Shown here piece by piece: positions 44,950 to 53,825 of a stretch of DNA of 64,000 bases; the stretch's first letter is position 1; each line of letters starts with the position of its first letter. The translations under genes were made by a program, and so were the position numbers. The notes under the pieces are model-generated. The model was not told the origin of the DNA. It saw nothing but the letters and a program-made list of their open reading frames with translations, and ran no database searches. The stretch comes from an uncultured Lachnospiraceae bacterium (lineage in GTDB: Bacteria; Bacillota; Clostridia; Oscillospirales; CAG-272), in NCBI GenBank assembly GCA_964603455.1, contig CAZRVL010000001.1, positions 17,031 to 81,030 of the forward strand. Reading direction: 5' to 3'.

Positions 44950-46030
44950 TGCAATACGTTTTCAGCTCAAGAAGCTCGGCTGTTCGGATATGTTCAAGGA
45001 TAAGAGGGTCGCAATAAAGCCGAACCTCGTCATGAAAAAATCTCCCGAAGCTGCTGCTACTACTCATCCGATAGTTCTCGAAGCTATGCTAAGGATACTC
45101 AAAGAATCGGCTGCCGACATAGTTATCGCCGAAAGTCCTCCCGGTGTATACACGGAATCTGCGCTTAAAGGCTTTTACAATGCCTGCGGTATCACCGAAG
45201 TTGCCGAAAGATATTCGGTAAGGCTAAATTTTGACACATCGAGCCGAGAGGTCAGCATACCATATGCCAAAAGTGCGCATATGTTCGAGCTGATAACTCC
45301 GATGCTCGATGCCGATGTCATAGTCAATCTTGCAAAGCTCAAAAGTCATGCGCTGACTAAATTCAGCGGCACTGTCAAGAATTATTTCGGAACTGTTCCG
45401 GGAATAACGAAGGTCGAAACACATGCAAGATTTCCCGATTACGGTGATTTTGCCTCTATGCTCGTTGATCTATGCTCATATTTTGCATTTTCGAAGCCGA
45501 CATTCAATATACTTGACGGAATATTGGCTATGGAAGGAAACGGTCCTACCGGCGGCGATGCCCGCGAGCTCGGATGGCTTCTTTCCGGACTCAACCCATA
45601 CAACGTCGATATAGTCGGAGCAAAACTGATCGGATTCGACGATATTATGATGCTGAACGAAGCAATAAAACGCGGATATGCGGTGAGTGAGCCGCTTGTG
45701 TACGGAGATCCTTTGGAAATTGTGGAAAACTTTAAGCTGCCTGACACATCCGGCTCGACTTCAGCTCTCGAATGGCTTTCAAAAGCCTTCGGAGGCAGGC
45801 TGTACAAATGGCTCCAACCGCGTCCTGAGGTTTCCACAAATATGTGCATAAGTTGTGGGGAATGTGTAAGAAGCTGTCCCCAAAAGACGATCAGGATAGT
45901 TGAAGGAAAGAAACGACACGCACTTATCGATGATTCGGGCTGCATAAAATGTTACTGCTGCCAGGAAATGTGTCCGGTCAAGGCAGTTCGGATAAAGAAA
46001 AATCCGATAATGAAGTTACTTGGGGGTTAA
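44837..46030 (+). CDS. DUF362-domain protein with a C-terminal 2x[4Fe-4S] ferredoxin domain (start uncertain)
   Basis: DUF362-like N-terminal region (KRVAIKPNLVMKKSPEAAATTHPIVLEAMLRILKE). Two ferredoxin-type Cys clusters: CISCGECVRSCP and CIKCYCCQEMCP. ATG 44837 has no good SD and overlaps nadB by 20 nt; in-frame GTG candidates lie at 44906 and 44918. Confidence 0.7.
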   Translation: MSNTVNKPEFSTFPTGFSPNSEVVANRVWKYSVENVENAIRFQLKKLGCSDMFKDKRVAIKPNLVMKKSPEAAATTHPIVLEAMLRILKESAADIVIAESPPGVYTESALKGFYNACGITEVAERYSVRLNFDTSSREVSIPYAKSAHMFELITPMLDADVIVNLAKLKSHALTKFSGTVKNYFGTVPGITKVETHARFPDYGDFASMLVDLCSYFAFSKPTFNILDGILAMEGNGPTGGDARELGWLLSGLNPYNVDIVGAKLIGFDDIMMLNEAIKRGYAVSEPLVYGDPLEIVENFKLPDTSGSTSALEWLSKAFGGRLYKWLQPRPEVSTNMCISCGECVRSCPQKTIRIVEGKKRHALIDDSGCIKCYCCQEMCPVKAVRIKKNPIMKLLGG

Positions 46031-46033
46031 GAT

Positions 46034-46918
46034 TTGAACATAACATTATTAGCACACGCAAAGATAAATCTCTGGCTCGACATAAAATCCAAACGAGTTG
46101 ACGGCTATCACAACATCGAAAGCATCATGCAGACCGTGAGCTTATGTGATGAACTGACGATAGAGCGGCTCGATCGAGGCAAAGGTATAACTATGCGCTG
46201 TGATGACAACAGCCTTGACTGCGGAAGGACAAATCTATGCACACGCGCTGCCGAAACCTTTTTAAGCTCGGTCGGAATAAACGAATACAGCATATCTATA
46301 GACCTAAAAAAACGCATTCCGATCTCTGCCGGACTTGGAGGCGGAAGCACAGACGCAGCCGCTGTGATACGTGCGCTGAATAAACTGTTCGAGCTTCGGC
46401 TGTCAGTCGATGAGCTTTGCAGGATAGGCGTAAAAGTCGGTGCAGATGTTCCATTCTGTATACGCGGCAAAACTGCTGTTGTACGCGGTATAGGAGATAT
46501 TCTCGAAGAATGTGAAAAAATGCCGAAATGTCCGATACTGATCGCCTGCGACGGTGAATCGGTATCGACTCCCGAAGCATACGGAATGATGGATGAACTC
46601 TACGGCGATTTCACATCGAGAACGAAAAGCGCATATGAGCTTGCAGATACCTTCAAATCCGGTGACATCTCGAAGATCGCAAACGGATTTTACAATATAT
46701 TTGAATCTGCGATACTCAAAAAGCGTCCGCGAGCGCAGTATCTTAAGGATTTCATGCTGTCATCGGGTGCGTTGAACGCGCTGATGAGCGGAAGTGGGCC
46801 TTCGGTGTTCGGTGTATACGATGAGCTTGCAAAAGCCGAAGCGGCTGCCGATGAGCTTAAGCACAATGGCATTAAGGCTGTAGTATGCGAGCCATATTAC
46901 GATAACGCCCGTCTGTAA
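46034..46918 (+). CDS. ispE: 4-diphosphocytidyl-2-C-methyl-D-erythritol kinase
   Basis: TTG start. Motifs AKINLWLDIKSKRVDGYHNIES and the GHMP kinase motif PISAGLGGGSTDAAA. Confidence 0.85.
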   Translation: MNITLLAHAKINLWLDIKSKRVDGYHNIESIMQTVSLCDELTIERLDRGKGITMRCDDNSLDCGRTNLCTRAAETFLSSVGINEYSISIDLKKRIPISAGLGGGSTDAAAVIRALNKLFELRLSVDELCRIGVKVGADVPFCIRGKTAVVRGIGDILEECEKMPKCPILIACDGESVSTPEAYGMMDELYGDFTSRTKSAYELADTFKSGDISKIANGFYNIFESAILKKRPRAQYLKDFMLSSGALNALMSGSGPSVFGVYDELAKAEAAADELKHNGIKAVVCEPYYDNARL

Positions 46919-47002
46919 TATATTTAAGACGATCTATATAAACATTTATGCTCACATAGAGCGGAAAGGATGCTTTCAAAACGAAAGCAATGGTATATCA
47001 TA

Positions 47003-48067
47003 ATGAAGCTTTTAAAACCTGTCTCGGCACTTCTTGCCCTGACCCTCGTATCTGCACAGCTTTTTGCGTGCGGTGACAGCAAATCAAATTCGGATACCTT
47101 CGATTACAGCAAAGGACTCGACAACAACGGATTCTTTGAGAACGTCAAGGCTTCGGATTATGTCAATCTTCCCGACTATAAAGGAATTGAATTTGATGGC
47201 TCGATACTCACAGCTGCCGAGGATGAAGTTCAGACTCAGCTCGATGGTGTTCTCGAAATATATTCGACATACGAAGAGATAACCGATGCCGAAGTCAAAG
47301 ACGGCGATACAGTCAATATTGATTATGTAGGCTCTGTGGACGGCGTTGAATTTGCCGGCGGAAGCACTCAGGGTCAGGGTACGATAGTTACTATCGGTGT
47401 TACCTCATATATAGACGATTTTCTTGAGCAGCTCATCGGTCACAAGCCGGGCGATACCTTTGATGTTAATGTCACCTTCCCCGATCCTTATCCGAACAAC
47501 ACTGATCTCAGCGGCAAGGATGCGGTATTCAAGACCACTATAAATTATATCCAGGGCGAAGAGATCTCGGCTGAGCTTACTAATGAGCTGGCTGCTTCCT
47601 ATGGCTTTGATTCTGCCGATGCGATGATGGAAAATATTCGTGAATGGGTAGTTGACAAGCAGAAGTTCGAATTTTTCACCGACATTCTTGCAAAAGCTAC
47701 CGCTTCCAAGGACATTCCTCAGTCGGTCATAGATTATGTTATCGATTACGACATCTCGCAGTATGAATATTACGCTTCGGCTTATCAGATGACAGTCGAT
47801 GAGATCATCACGAATCTTCTCGGCTACGATTCCAAGCAGGCTTATATTGATGCGAATATGGATATATATGAGGAAAACGCAGTCCAGTATCTCGCGGCTC
47901 AGGCTATTGCAGAGCTTGAAGGCTTGACTGTGACAGATGCCGACATCGAGGAAGCCGGATACACCGATACACAGATAGATACCTACGGACTCCCCTATAT
48001 CAAGCAGTATATCCTCTTCCAGTCGAAGATCCCGAACTATATCATCGAAAACGGACAGGCAAAGTAA
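47003..48067 (+). CDS. Lipoprotein with a trigger-factor-type FKBP PPIase domain and trigger-factor C-terminal-like region
   Basis: Lipobox AQLFACGD. PPIase domain GDTVNIDYVGSVDGVEFAGGSTQGQGTIVTIGVTSYIDDFLEQLIGHKPGDTFDVNVTFPDPY matches the trigger-factor pattern. The ribosome-binding N-domain is absent. Confidence 0.65.
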   Translation: MKLLKPVSALLALTLVSAQLFACGDSKSNSDTFDYSKGLDNNGFFENVKASDYVNLPDYKGIEFDGSILTAAEDEVQTQLDGVLEIYSTYEEITDAEVKDGDTVNIDYVGSVDGVEFAGGSTQGQGTIVTIGVTSYIDDFLEQLIGHKPGDTFDVNVTFPDPYPNNTDLSGKDAVFKTTINYIQGEEISAELTNELAASYGFDSADAMMENIREWVVDKQKFEFFTDILAKATASKDIPQSVIDYVIDYDISQYEYYASAYQMTVDEIITNLLGYDSKQAYIDANMDIYEENAVQYLAAQAIAELEGLTVTDADIEEAGYTDTQIDTYGLPYIKQYILFQSKIPNYIIENGQAK

Positions 48068-48071
48068 GCTT

Positions 48072-48875
48072 ATGGAGACAAACAAGACACATGAAATGGT
48101 CGATAGAGTATTCCGTTCGACCGCGAATTATGATGACTTCGAAAAGCTGTGCGAATTGTTTCGTTCAGCTAAGGCGGTATGCACACTGACCGATGAGAAC
48201 AGGAATCGTCCGTTCTTCGCTCCGTATATATACACCTGCTCCTGCTGTGGCGTTACATTAGCCGATGAAAACTGGAACTGTGTTGCCTTCACCGAAAATA
48301 ACGTATTGAGCGTTCGACCTATATCGAATGATTATTACGTATATACGCTTGAAGTTGAGACCACTTGTGAGGTATATCCGCGCCAAAGCGATGAGATCGC
48401 CGACAGGAACGTTGTATATCTTTCCTTCTATACACTTCCTAAGGAAGGCAAAAAGGAGCAGGACAGCCGTTCTGACGATGAGAGCTACAAGGCATTCGAT
48501 ATAGGAATGAATCGGCTATTTACAGGCATATATGATCTCGATACGCTCGGATGGTTCTGTGATACCGTAATGGCGGTATACGATGCTTCGTGCGATCCCG
48601 ACGAAGCGATGATGATGCTGACGATAAACGAGCGAGTACAAGATCCTACCTCAAATGCGGTTTACGTAAATGAGATCAACTATGATAAAAAATCACTGAC
48701 ATTTGCTGCCGATGCCGGAAACGGAGAAACTTTGACTTTGACATTATCTCCGGAAAGGGTAATGGGAGTTGAACGCATAGCTTGTGTAAACAATTCCTTC
48801 TACTGTGTTGAGATCGATCTCGCTCAAACTTCCACATCCTCCCCATCATACATTCAATTAGGAATCTTTCTCTAA
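48072..48875 (+). CDS. Hypothetical cytoplasmic protein, no family recognised
   Basis: 267 aa, starting 4 nt after the lipoprotein stop. Cys pairs (YTCSCCG, CVAF, TTCEVY). No TM or signal peptide. Confidence 0.5.
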   Translation: METNKTHEMVDRVFRSTANYDDFEKLCELFRSAKAVCTLTDENRNRPFFAPYIYTCSCCGVTLADENWNCVAFTENNVLSVRPISNDYYVYTLEVETTCEVYPRQSDEIADRNVVYLSFYTLPKEGKKEQDSRSDDESYKAFDIGMNRLFTGIYDLDTLGWFCDTVMAVYDASCDPDEAMMMLTINERVQDPTSNAVYVNEINYDKKSLTFAADAGNGETLTLTLSPERVMGVERIACVNNSFYCVEIDLAQTSTSSPSYIQLGIFL

Positions 48876-48879
48876 ACGA

Positions 48880-49002
48880 GCAATAGTCAAGTGATCTGTA
48901 CAGAAAACTTATTATATCTCTCCCATAGTGTCACTTCCATACGGGAGCAGAGATCTGTTTTAAAAGACAACGATCTGTAATCAGCACAGATCATGCTATT
49001 GC
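48880..49002 (+). repeat. Intergenic repeat copy A (123 nt, with terminal inverted arms)
   Basis: It begins GCAATAGTCAAGTGATCTGTAC. The 5' arm GCAATAG..TGATCTGT (48880-48899) is complementary to ACAGATCA..CTATTGC (48986-49002). The core is homologous to copies B and C. Confidence 0.7.
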
Positions 49003-49024
49003 AATATATCTCAAAATCAAGTAC

Positions 49025-49058
49025 AAGGCGTGTCCGACTTATTGTCGGACACGCCTTT
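49025..49058 (+). terminator. Rho-independent terminator
   Basis: AAGGCGTGTCCGAC-TTATT-GTCGGACACGCCTTT, a 12-bp perfect GC-rich stem. Confidence 0.8.
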
Positions 49059-49127
49059 CAATACATACCACTTGATTTTTGTCGGCACGATGGTCGGATT
49101 TTTTCCCCTTTTATACGGATTTTGGGG

Positions 49128-49156
49128 TTGAATTTTTTGAGAAAATAGTGTATAAT
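49128..49156 (+). promoter_or_regulatory. Sigma-A type promoter of the GH127 gene
   Basis: TTGAAT (49128-49133), 17 nt, TATAAT (49151-49156). Confidence 0.65.
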
Positions 49157-49213
49157 AGTTGTAGTAAGATCAATGACGATCAACTAATATTGTTTATTTA
49201 AGGAGATAATATC

Positions 49214-51046
49214 ATGATCAACGCACTTTCGCATGATAAGATCAAGCTCACTTCAGGCTTTTGGAAGGAAAAACAAACGATGGTGAGAAAAACCACCATC
49301 ATGAACGTCTACAAGCGTTTTAAAGAAACCGGACGCTTCGATGCCTTTAAAATGAACTGGAAAGAGGGCGAGCCCAACAAGCCGCATATCTTCTGGGACT
49401 CGGATGTTGCTAAATGGCTCGAATCTGTCGCTTACCTCACTAAGGAATCCCCTGAGCCAGAGCTCGAAGCCATCGTCGATGAAGTAGTCGATGACATCGA
49501 AAGGGGTCAAATGGAAGACGGTTACTTCAATATCTATTACGAGCTCTTTGAGCCGAACAACCGCTTCACAGTACGCGGAAACCATGAGCTCTACTGTGCA
49601 GGTCATCTCATTGAAGCCGCTATCGCTTACGATGATGCTACAGGCAAGCATAAATTCCTCAACCTTATGCTGAAATATGCCGCTTATATCGAGAAGGTAT
49701 TCAAGATCGATCAGTCGGCTGCATTCGATTCTCCCGGTCATGAAGAAATAGAGCTCGCCCTTGTTAAGCTCTATGACTACACCGGAGACCGCAGATGGCT
49801 CGACCTCTCGCTTTTCTTCATCAACAACCGCGGCTCTCAGGCTAAGCTCCCCGAAGGCGACAACTACCACCGTGATACAAACATACAGGATCATGCTCCG
49901 GTTCGTGAGCAGTTCACAGCAGAGGGTCATGCAGTCCGTGCATGCTATCTCTACTGCGCTATGGCTGACCTCGCACTTCGTGAAAATGACGAAGGTCTTA
50001 AGAATGCCTGCGATAAGATATTCAAAGATATAACACAGTCGAAGATGTACATAACCGGTGCTATCGGCTCTACAAAGAATGCGGAAGCCTTTGAGGATGC
50101 CTATCGCCTTCCCGATGACACAGCTTACGGCGAGACCTGCGCGGCTCTTGCACTGGCTCTCTTCGCACGCAGAATGACAAGACTTGACCCAGATTCGGTA
50201 TACGCCGATACTGTTGAGCGCGTAATATACAATGGATTTCTCTCGGGAGTGTCGCTTGACGGAAAGTCCTTCTTCTATGAAAATGCACAGGAGATCGACC
50301 TTGAGAACCGCAAGATCGTCCGTGCCTCACTCCATAACAACCGCAATACCCACTTCCCGATAACTCAGCGTATTGAGGTATTCGGCTGCTCCTGCTGTCC
50401 TCCGAATGTGACAAGATTCATTCCGTCCATTGGTGATTTCATCTACAATTATACAAATGATATGGTTTACGTGAACCAGTATATGTCGAACGAAGCCGAT
50501 TTCGGCGATTTCAAGATAGAACAAAAGACTGGCTATCCGTATGACGGATCGGTCAGCATAGTATGCGACAAAGACAAAAAGCTCGCGATAAGGATCCCCG
50601 GTTGGTGCGATGTATGGACTTTAAAGTGCGGCGGTAAGGCAGTAAATGCCGAGGTCGTAAAGGGATATGCAATGCTCGAAGCGAATGGCGGCGAGGAAAT
50701 CGTGCTTGATATGCGCATAGAACCTAAGAAGGTGCGTGCGGATATGCGCGTAAGAGAAAATCGCGGACAGATGGCAGTGACCTACGGTCCGTTCGTAATG
50801 TGCATGGAAGGTGTTGACAACGGCGGTAGCTTATCCAACGTAGAACTCGGTGCGAACTTTGTGGTATCGCACGATGATGAGCTGAATGTTCCGTGCGTAT
50901 ATGCAGATGCGGTTCGAGTAGATGTAGCTTCATTATATTCGAACAAAGTAACAGAATCGCCGTTCCGCGCAAAGCTAATCCCGTATTTTGCATTTGCGAA
51001 CCGCGGTGAATGCGACCTCAAGATCTGGGTAGCAAGTCGCAAATAA
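49214..51046 (+). CDS. GH127 (DUF1680) beta-L-arabinofuranosidase-like hydrolase, cytoplasmic
   Basis: N-terminus GFWKEKQ...FDAFKMNW...HIFWDSDVAKWLE, GHEEIELALVKLY, and the Cys-rich metal/catalytic motif FGCSCCPPNV typical of GH127. Confidence 0.8.
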   Translation: MINALSHDKIKLTSGFWKEKQTMVRKTTIMNVYKRFKETGRFDAFKMNWKEGEPNKPHIFWDSDVAKWLESVAYLTKESPEPELEAIVDEVVDDIERGQMEDGYFNIYYELFEPNNRFTVRGNHELYCAGHLIEAAIAYDDATGKHKFLNLMLKYAAYIEKVFKIDQSAAFDSPGHEEIELALVKLYDYTGDRRWLDLSLFFINNRGSQAKLPEGDNYHRDTNIQDHAPVREQFTAEGHAVRACYLYCAMADLALRENDEGLKNACDKIFKDITQSKMYITGAIGSTKNAEAFEDAYRLPDDTAYGETCAALALALFARRMTRLDPDSVYADTVERVIYNGFLSGVSLDGKSFFYENAQEIDLENRKIVRASLHNNRNTHFPITQRIEVFGCSCCPPNVTRFIPSIGDFIYNYTNDMVYVNQYMSNEADFGDFKIEQKTGYPYDGSVSIVCDKDKKLAIRIPGWCDVWTLKCGGKAVNAEVVKGYAMLEANGGEEIVLDMRIEPKKVRADMRVRENRGQMAVTYGPFVMCMEGVDNGGSLSNVELGANFVVSHDDELNVPCVYADAVRVDVASLYSNKVTESPFRAKLIPYFAFANRGECDLKIWVASRK

Positions 51047-51091
51047 TCAAGTATGTGACAAAAAAGCATGAGGTATGACCTTATCAGCCGT

Positions 51092-51187
51092 GCGGAGTAT
51101 CTCCGCCGGCAATAGTCAAATGATGTGTACCAAAAATCGTTAAGTATCTACTATCAGCCGCACTTCATCGTGACATAAACAGAGGGC
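51092..51187 (+). repeat. Intergenic repeat copy B (about 96-nt core)
   Basis: CGGAGTATCTCCGCCGGCAATAGTCAAATGATGTGTACC...TATCAGCCGCACTTCATCGTGACATAAACAGAGGG. A partial extra sub-copy (AAAGCATGAGGTATGACCTTATCAGCCG) lies at 51063-51091. Confidence 0.7.
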
Positions 51188-51280
51188 TTGTAAAACGAAA
51201 TTAGTACTACTAAAAGTGTGTTCAAACAGACATTTTACATTAAATGTACAGCATTTCATATTATAGGAGGAGCGCGGCTA

Positions 51281-52099
51281 ATGAAGTCTGAGCAAAAGTA
51301 TTCAAATTATGAATATTTAACATATGAGCACGGCAGCACACCGCCGCGATATTGTAATTCCGGAAAGTTCACTTCTCGAAGTGAATGGATACATCCTCTT
51401 TACAACAATGAGACTACAGAGCTTATGTTTGTGACCGAAGGAGAATTTCTGCTCGAAGAGAACGGAAACGAGTATAAACTTTCATCGGGAGATATAATAT
51501 ATCTCGATGCCGGAAAAACACACAAGGGTGTAAAGATCACCGATTCGAAGGTATCATTCTACTGGATACATTTTTATCTTCCGAACGGTGAGGTCATGCC
51601 TATAAAGCATCTTACCTTACGTGAGGTATATCCGGTGAGCTTATTATGCCGTCAGATACTGCATTATGCCGAGAGCAAGGCAAGTCCAAAGGTATTGGAC
51701 AGCTTATTATGTGTACTGATCGAAGAGATCGACTCTCAGGACATAAAAAAAGAGTCGCTCGATTCATTAGCCGAGCGCATAGTGGAATGGCTCAGGATAA
51801 ACTCAGATCGTCAGTTAAAGACTTCTGACATCTCCGAGCGGTTTGGCTACAATGAGGATTACATCTCCCGTTTATTAAAGCATGAATACGGTCGTACATT
51901 AAAACAGATGATAGTTGACAAGCGCATGGAGTACATCAAATACCTATTATCCGAGACTGAGCTTACTCTGACCGACATATCCTTTCGTTCCGGATTTACC
52001 GATGTAAAATTATTTCTAAAGTTCTTTGCTTATCACGAGGGCATAACTCCGACCGAATACCGCGCTACATACAAGTCCGGTCACACCAACAACCGCTGA
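51281..52099 (+). CDS. AraC family transcriptional regulator
   Basis: SD AGGAGG upstream of ATG 51281 (MKSEQKY). Cupin-like N-domain and C-terminal HTH (GFTDVKLFLKFFAYHEGITPTEYR). Confidence 0.8.
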   Translation: MKSEQKYSNYEYLTYEHGSTPPRYCNSGKFTSRSEWIHPLYNNETTELMFVTEGEFLLEENGNEYKLSSGDIIYLDAGKTHKGVKITDSKVSFYWIHFYLPNGEVMPIKHLTLREVYPVSLLCRQILHYAESKASPKVLDSLLCVLIEEIDSQDIKKESLDSLAERIVEWLRINSDRQLKTSDISERFGYNEDYISRLLKHEYGRTLKQMIVDKRMEYIKYLLSETELTLTDISFRSGFTDVKLFLKFFAYHEGITPTEYRATYKSGHTNNR

Positions 52100-52101
52100 C
52101 A

Positions 52102-52197
52102 ACGGAGTGTCTCAGCCAACAATAGTCACATAATGTTTACCGAAAGCATTAGGTATGTCCCATCAACCGCATTTTATCGTGACAGGAACAGAATGGA
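52102..52197 (+). repeat. Intergenic repeat copy C (about 96-nt core)
   Basis: CGGAGTGTCTCAGCCAACAATAGTCACATAATGTTTACC...CATCAACCGCATTTTATCGTGACAGGAACAGAATGG. It aligns base-for-base with copy B with one indel, and roughly 70 percent of positions match by eye. Confidence 0.7.
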
Positions 52198-52272
52198 TAT
52201 TTATGAGACGGCAACGATTGGTAATGATTATTTTTATAGAATATCTATCTCATGCGATACAAAATCGATAAT

Positions 52273-52303
52273 AAAAGTGCCTGACTTTCGGTCAGGCACT
52301 TTT
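52273..52303. terminator. Bidirectional terminator
   Basis: AAAAGTGCCTGAC-TTTCG-GTCAGGCACTTTT between the convergent AraC and SBP4 genes. Confidence 0.8.
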
Positions 52304-52323
52304 ATAGTTATATACGATACACG

Positions 52324-53802
52324 TCACTCGATATTTCTTACCAGTTCGGTGATCTCAGCAAGATAATTTTCTGCCGATGATTTGTTTGAATCATAGTATG
52401 AAGTTATGTTTACATTCTTTTTGGCAATATTGTCGCGGTATGAGTTCATAGGAGAGAACTTGTACTTTCCGCTCGCTTCAAGGAACATCGAGAAGTCATA
52501 TTTTCTCGAATCCATGATGAGATCAAGCATCTTCAGAGAATTTTCATCGCGAACGCCCTTCTCTGCCAACGAGACCTCATATACCGCAGGTCTCATATAT
52601 TTGTAGCCGTATGCAGACATACACTCTACAACTTCACCGATCACTTCAAGCTTTTCATCACTTATGTTTATCGGGAGGAAGAAGACTCCGGTACGTCCAA
52701 GCATATGCGTTTGATATTCTGCCTGATTCTCATCGAGCTTCGGGTACGGAAGTATTCCGTAGTCGTCACTCATTGATCTAAGGTCTGTTCCGATAAGATA
52801 ATTCAAAAGCATCGGCGAGAATAATGCCTGTCCGTTCGCAAAATTAACTCGATAATCATACGGTGCGTTCGTATCTACATAAGCCCCCGAATTGTTCCAG
52901 TAGAGATCATACAGCTTCTCTATCGATGTAACCAATCTGTCACTGTAGAAATCTACGACCGGGTAATTGTCGCTGTCGCGTCCTATTGATGTAACACCGT
53001 GCGACACCATGAAAGCGTCAAGTGTTGCAAATGAATCGGTATATAAGCCGTAAATATCATCCGCATCGCTCTGATTGTTTCCGTTTAGATCGACATATAC
53101 ATCCTTTGTAAGCGAATATGCCTTGTCCATAGTCCATTTACCAGACTCGACTGTCTCGTAAATATCGCCGATATTCCACTCATCTGCAAGACGCTTATTG
53201 AACACCCACGTCCAACACATCGTTATATTTGTGGAACAAGCATCAGAAAGTATTCCGAATTGACTGTCACCTATCTTTATCTGCTCGTTAGCATCCTCTA
53301 CATACCACGGCTTAGAAAGGTCGTAACCCTTCACATCGTTCCACGGCATTACCGTTCCGCTCGTTATGATATTTCCGGCATATATCGCCTTCATAACATA
53401 CATATCACAGAGATTGTCACCTGCCAGAATGCTCTGATTGAAGGTCGAGACCGAATCGCGTTCGGCGAATGAGCAGTCGTATACCAATTTCACGCCAAGA
53501 CGATTTTCGGTTTCGATATTGCGCTTATATATCGCGTCATCGACCGGTTCACCGGTCTGCTCGGCTTCGAATGCCTCGGAATCCACATAGTTGTAGCCTG
53601 CCGCTCCGTAGCCGAATATCCTTATCTCCATTCCATCCATATCGCGCTGAGGAAGCTCATCGTATATGTCTACCTCGTTAGAGGTAGTCTCATTAGAACT
53701 TGTTTGCTCAGTTCCCCCCTCAGTGGAAATAGTTTCATTTCCGCACGCTGCTGTCGAAATCAGCAGAGACGCAAGAAGTGCAACAGATACCGCCTTTTTC
53801 AT
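52324..53802 (-). CDS. Solute-binding-protein-type lipoprotein, paralog 4
   Basis: SD GAAAGGA lies 11 nt before ATG 53802. Lipobox ISTAACGN. Motifs YGILPYPKLDENQAEY and YEVSLAEKGVRDENSLKMLDLIM. Confidence 0.6.
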   Translation of the reverse strand: MKKAVSVALLASLLISTAACGNETISTEGGTEQTSSNETTSNEVDIYDELPQRDMDGMEIRIFGYGAAGYNYVDSEAFEAEQTGEPVDDAIYKRNIETENRLGVKLVYDCSFAERDSVSTFNQSILAGDNLCDMYVMKAIYAGNIITSGTVMPWNDVKGYDLSKPWYVEDANEQIKIGDSQFGILSDACSTNITMCWTWVFNKRLADEWNIGDIYETVESGKWTMDKAYSLTKDVYVDLNGNNQSDADDIYGLYTDSFATLDAFMVSHGVTSIGRDSDNYPVVDFYSDRLVTSIEKLYDLYWNNSGAYVDTNAPYDYRVNFANGQALFSPMLLNYLIGTDLRSMSDDYGILPYPKLDENQAEYQTHMLGRTGVFFLPINISDEKLEVIGEVVECMSAYGYKYMRPAVYEVSLAEKGVRDENSLKMLDLIMDSRKYDFSMFLEASGKYKFSPMNSYRDNIAKKNVNITSYYDSNKSSAENYLAEITELVRNIE

Positions 53803-53825
53803 TAATATATCCATCCTTTCATAAA

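Noticed and set aside
44737-45838. The DnaA-box cluster read as a chromosomal or plasmid replication origin.
   Set aside because: There is no dnaA, dnaN or rep gene, no AT-rich unwinding element and no intergenic space, since the boxes lie in coding sequence. I kept it only as a non-origin DnaA-box cluster or RNA-stem hypothesis.
48893-48992. Four GATC sites within 110 nt, read as a Dam-methylation-dependent switch.
   Set aside because: GATCTGT is not over-represented across the window; about ten occurrences in 64 kb on both strands is close to expectation. No Dam methylase evidence is available here.
48880-52197. Repeats A, B and C read as integron attC sites separating gene cassettes.
   Set aside because: There is no intI integrase, no recognisable R''/R' core sites (RYYYAAC/GTTRRRY) at the ends, and the flanked genes have their own promoters and terminators.
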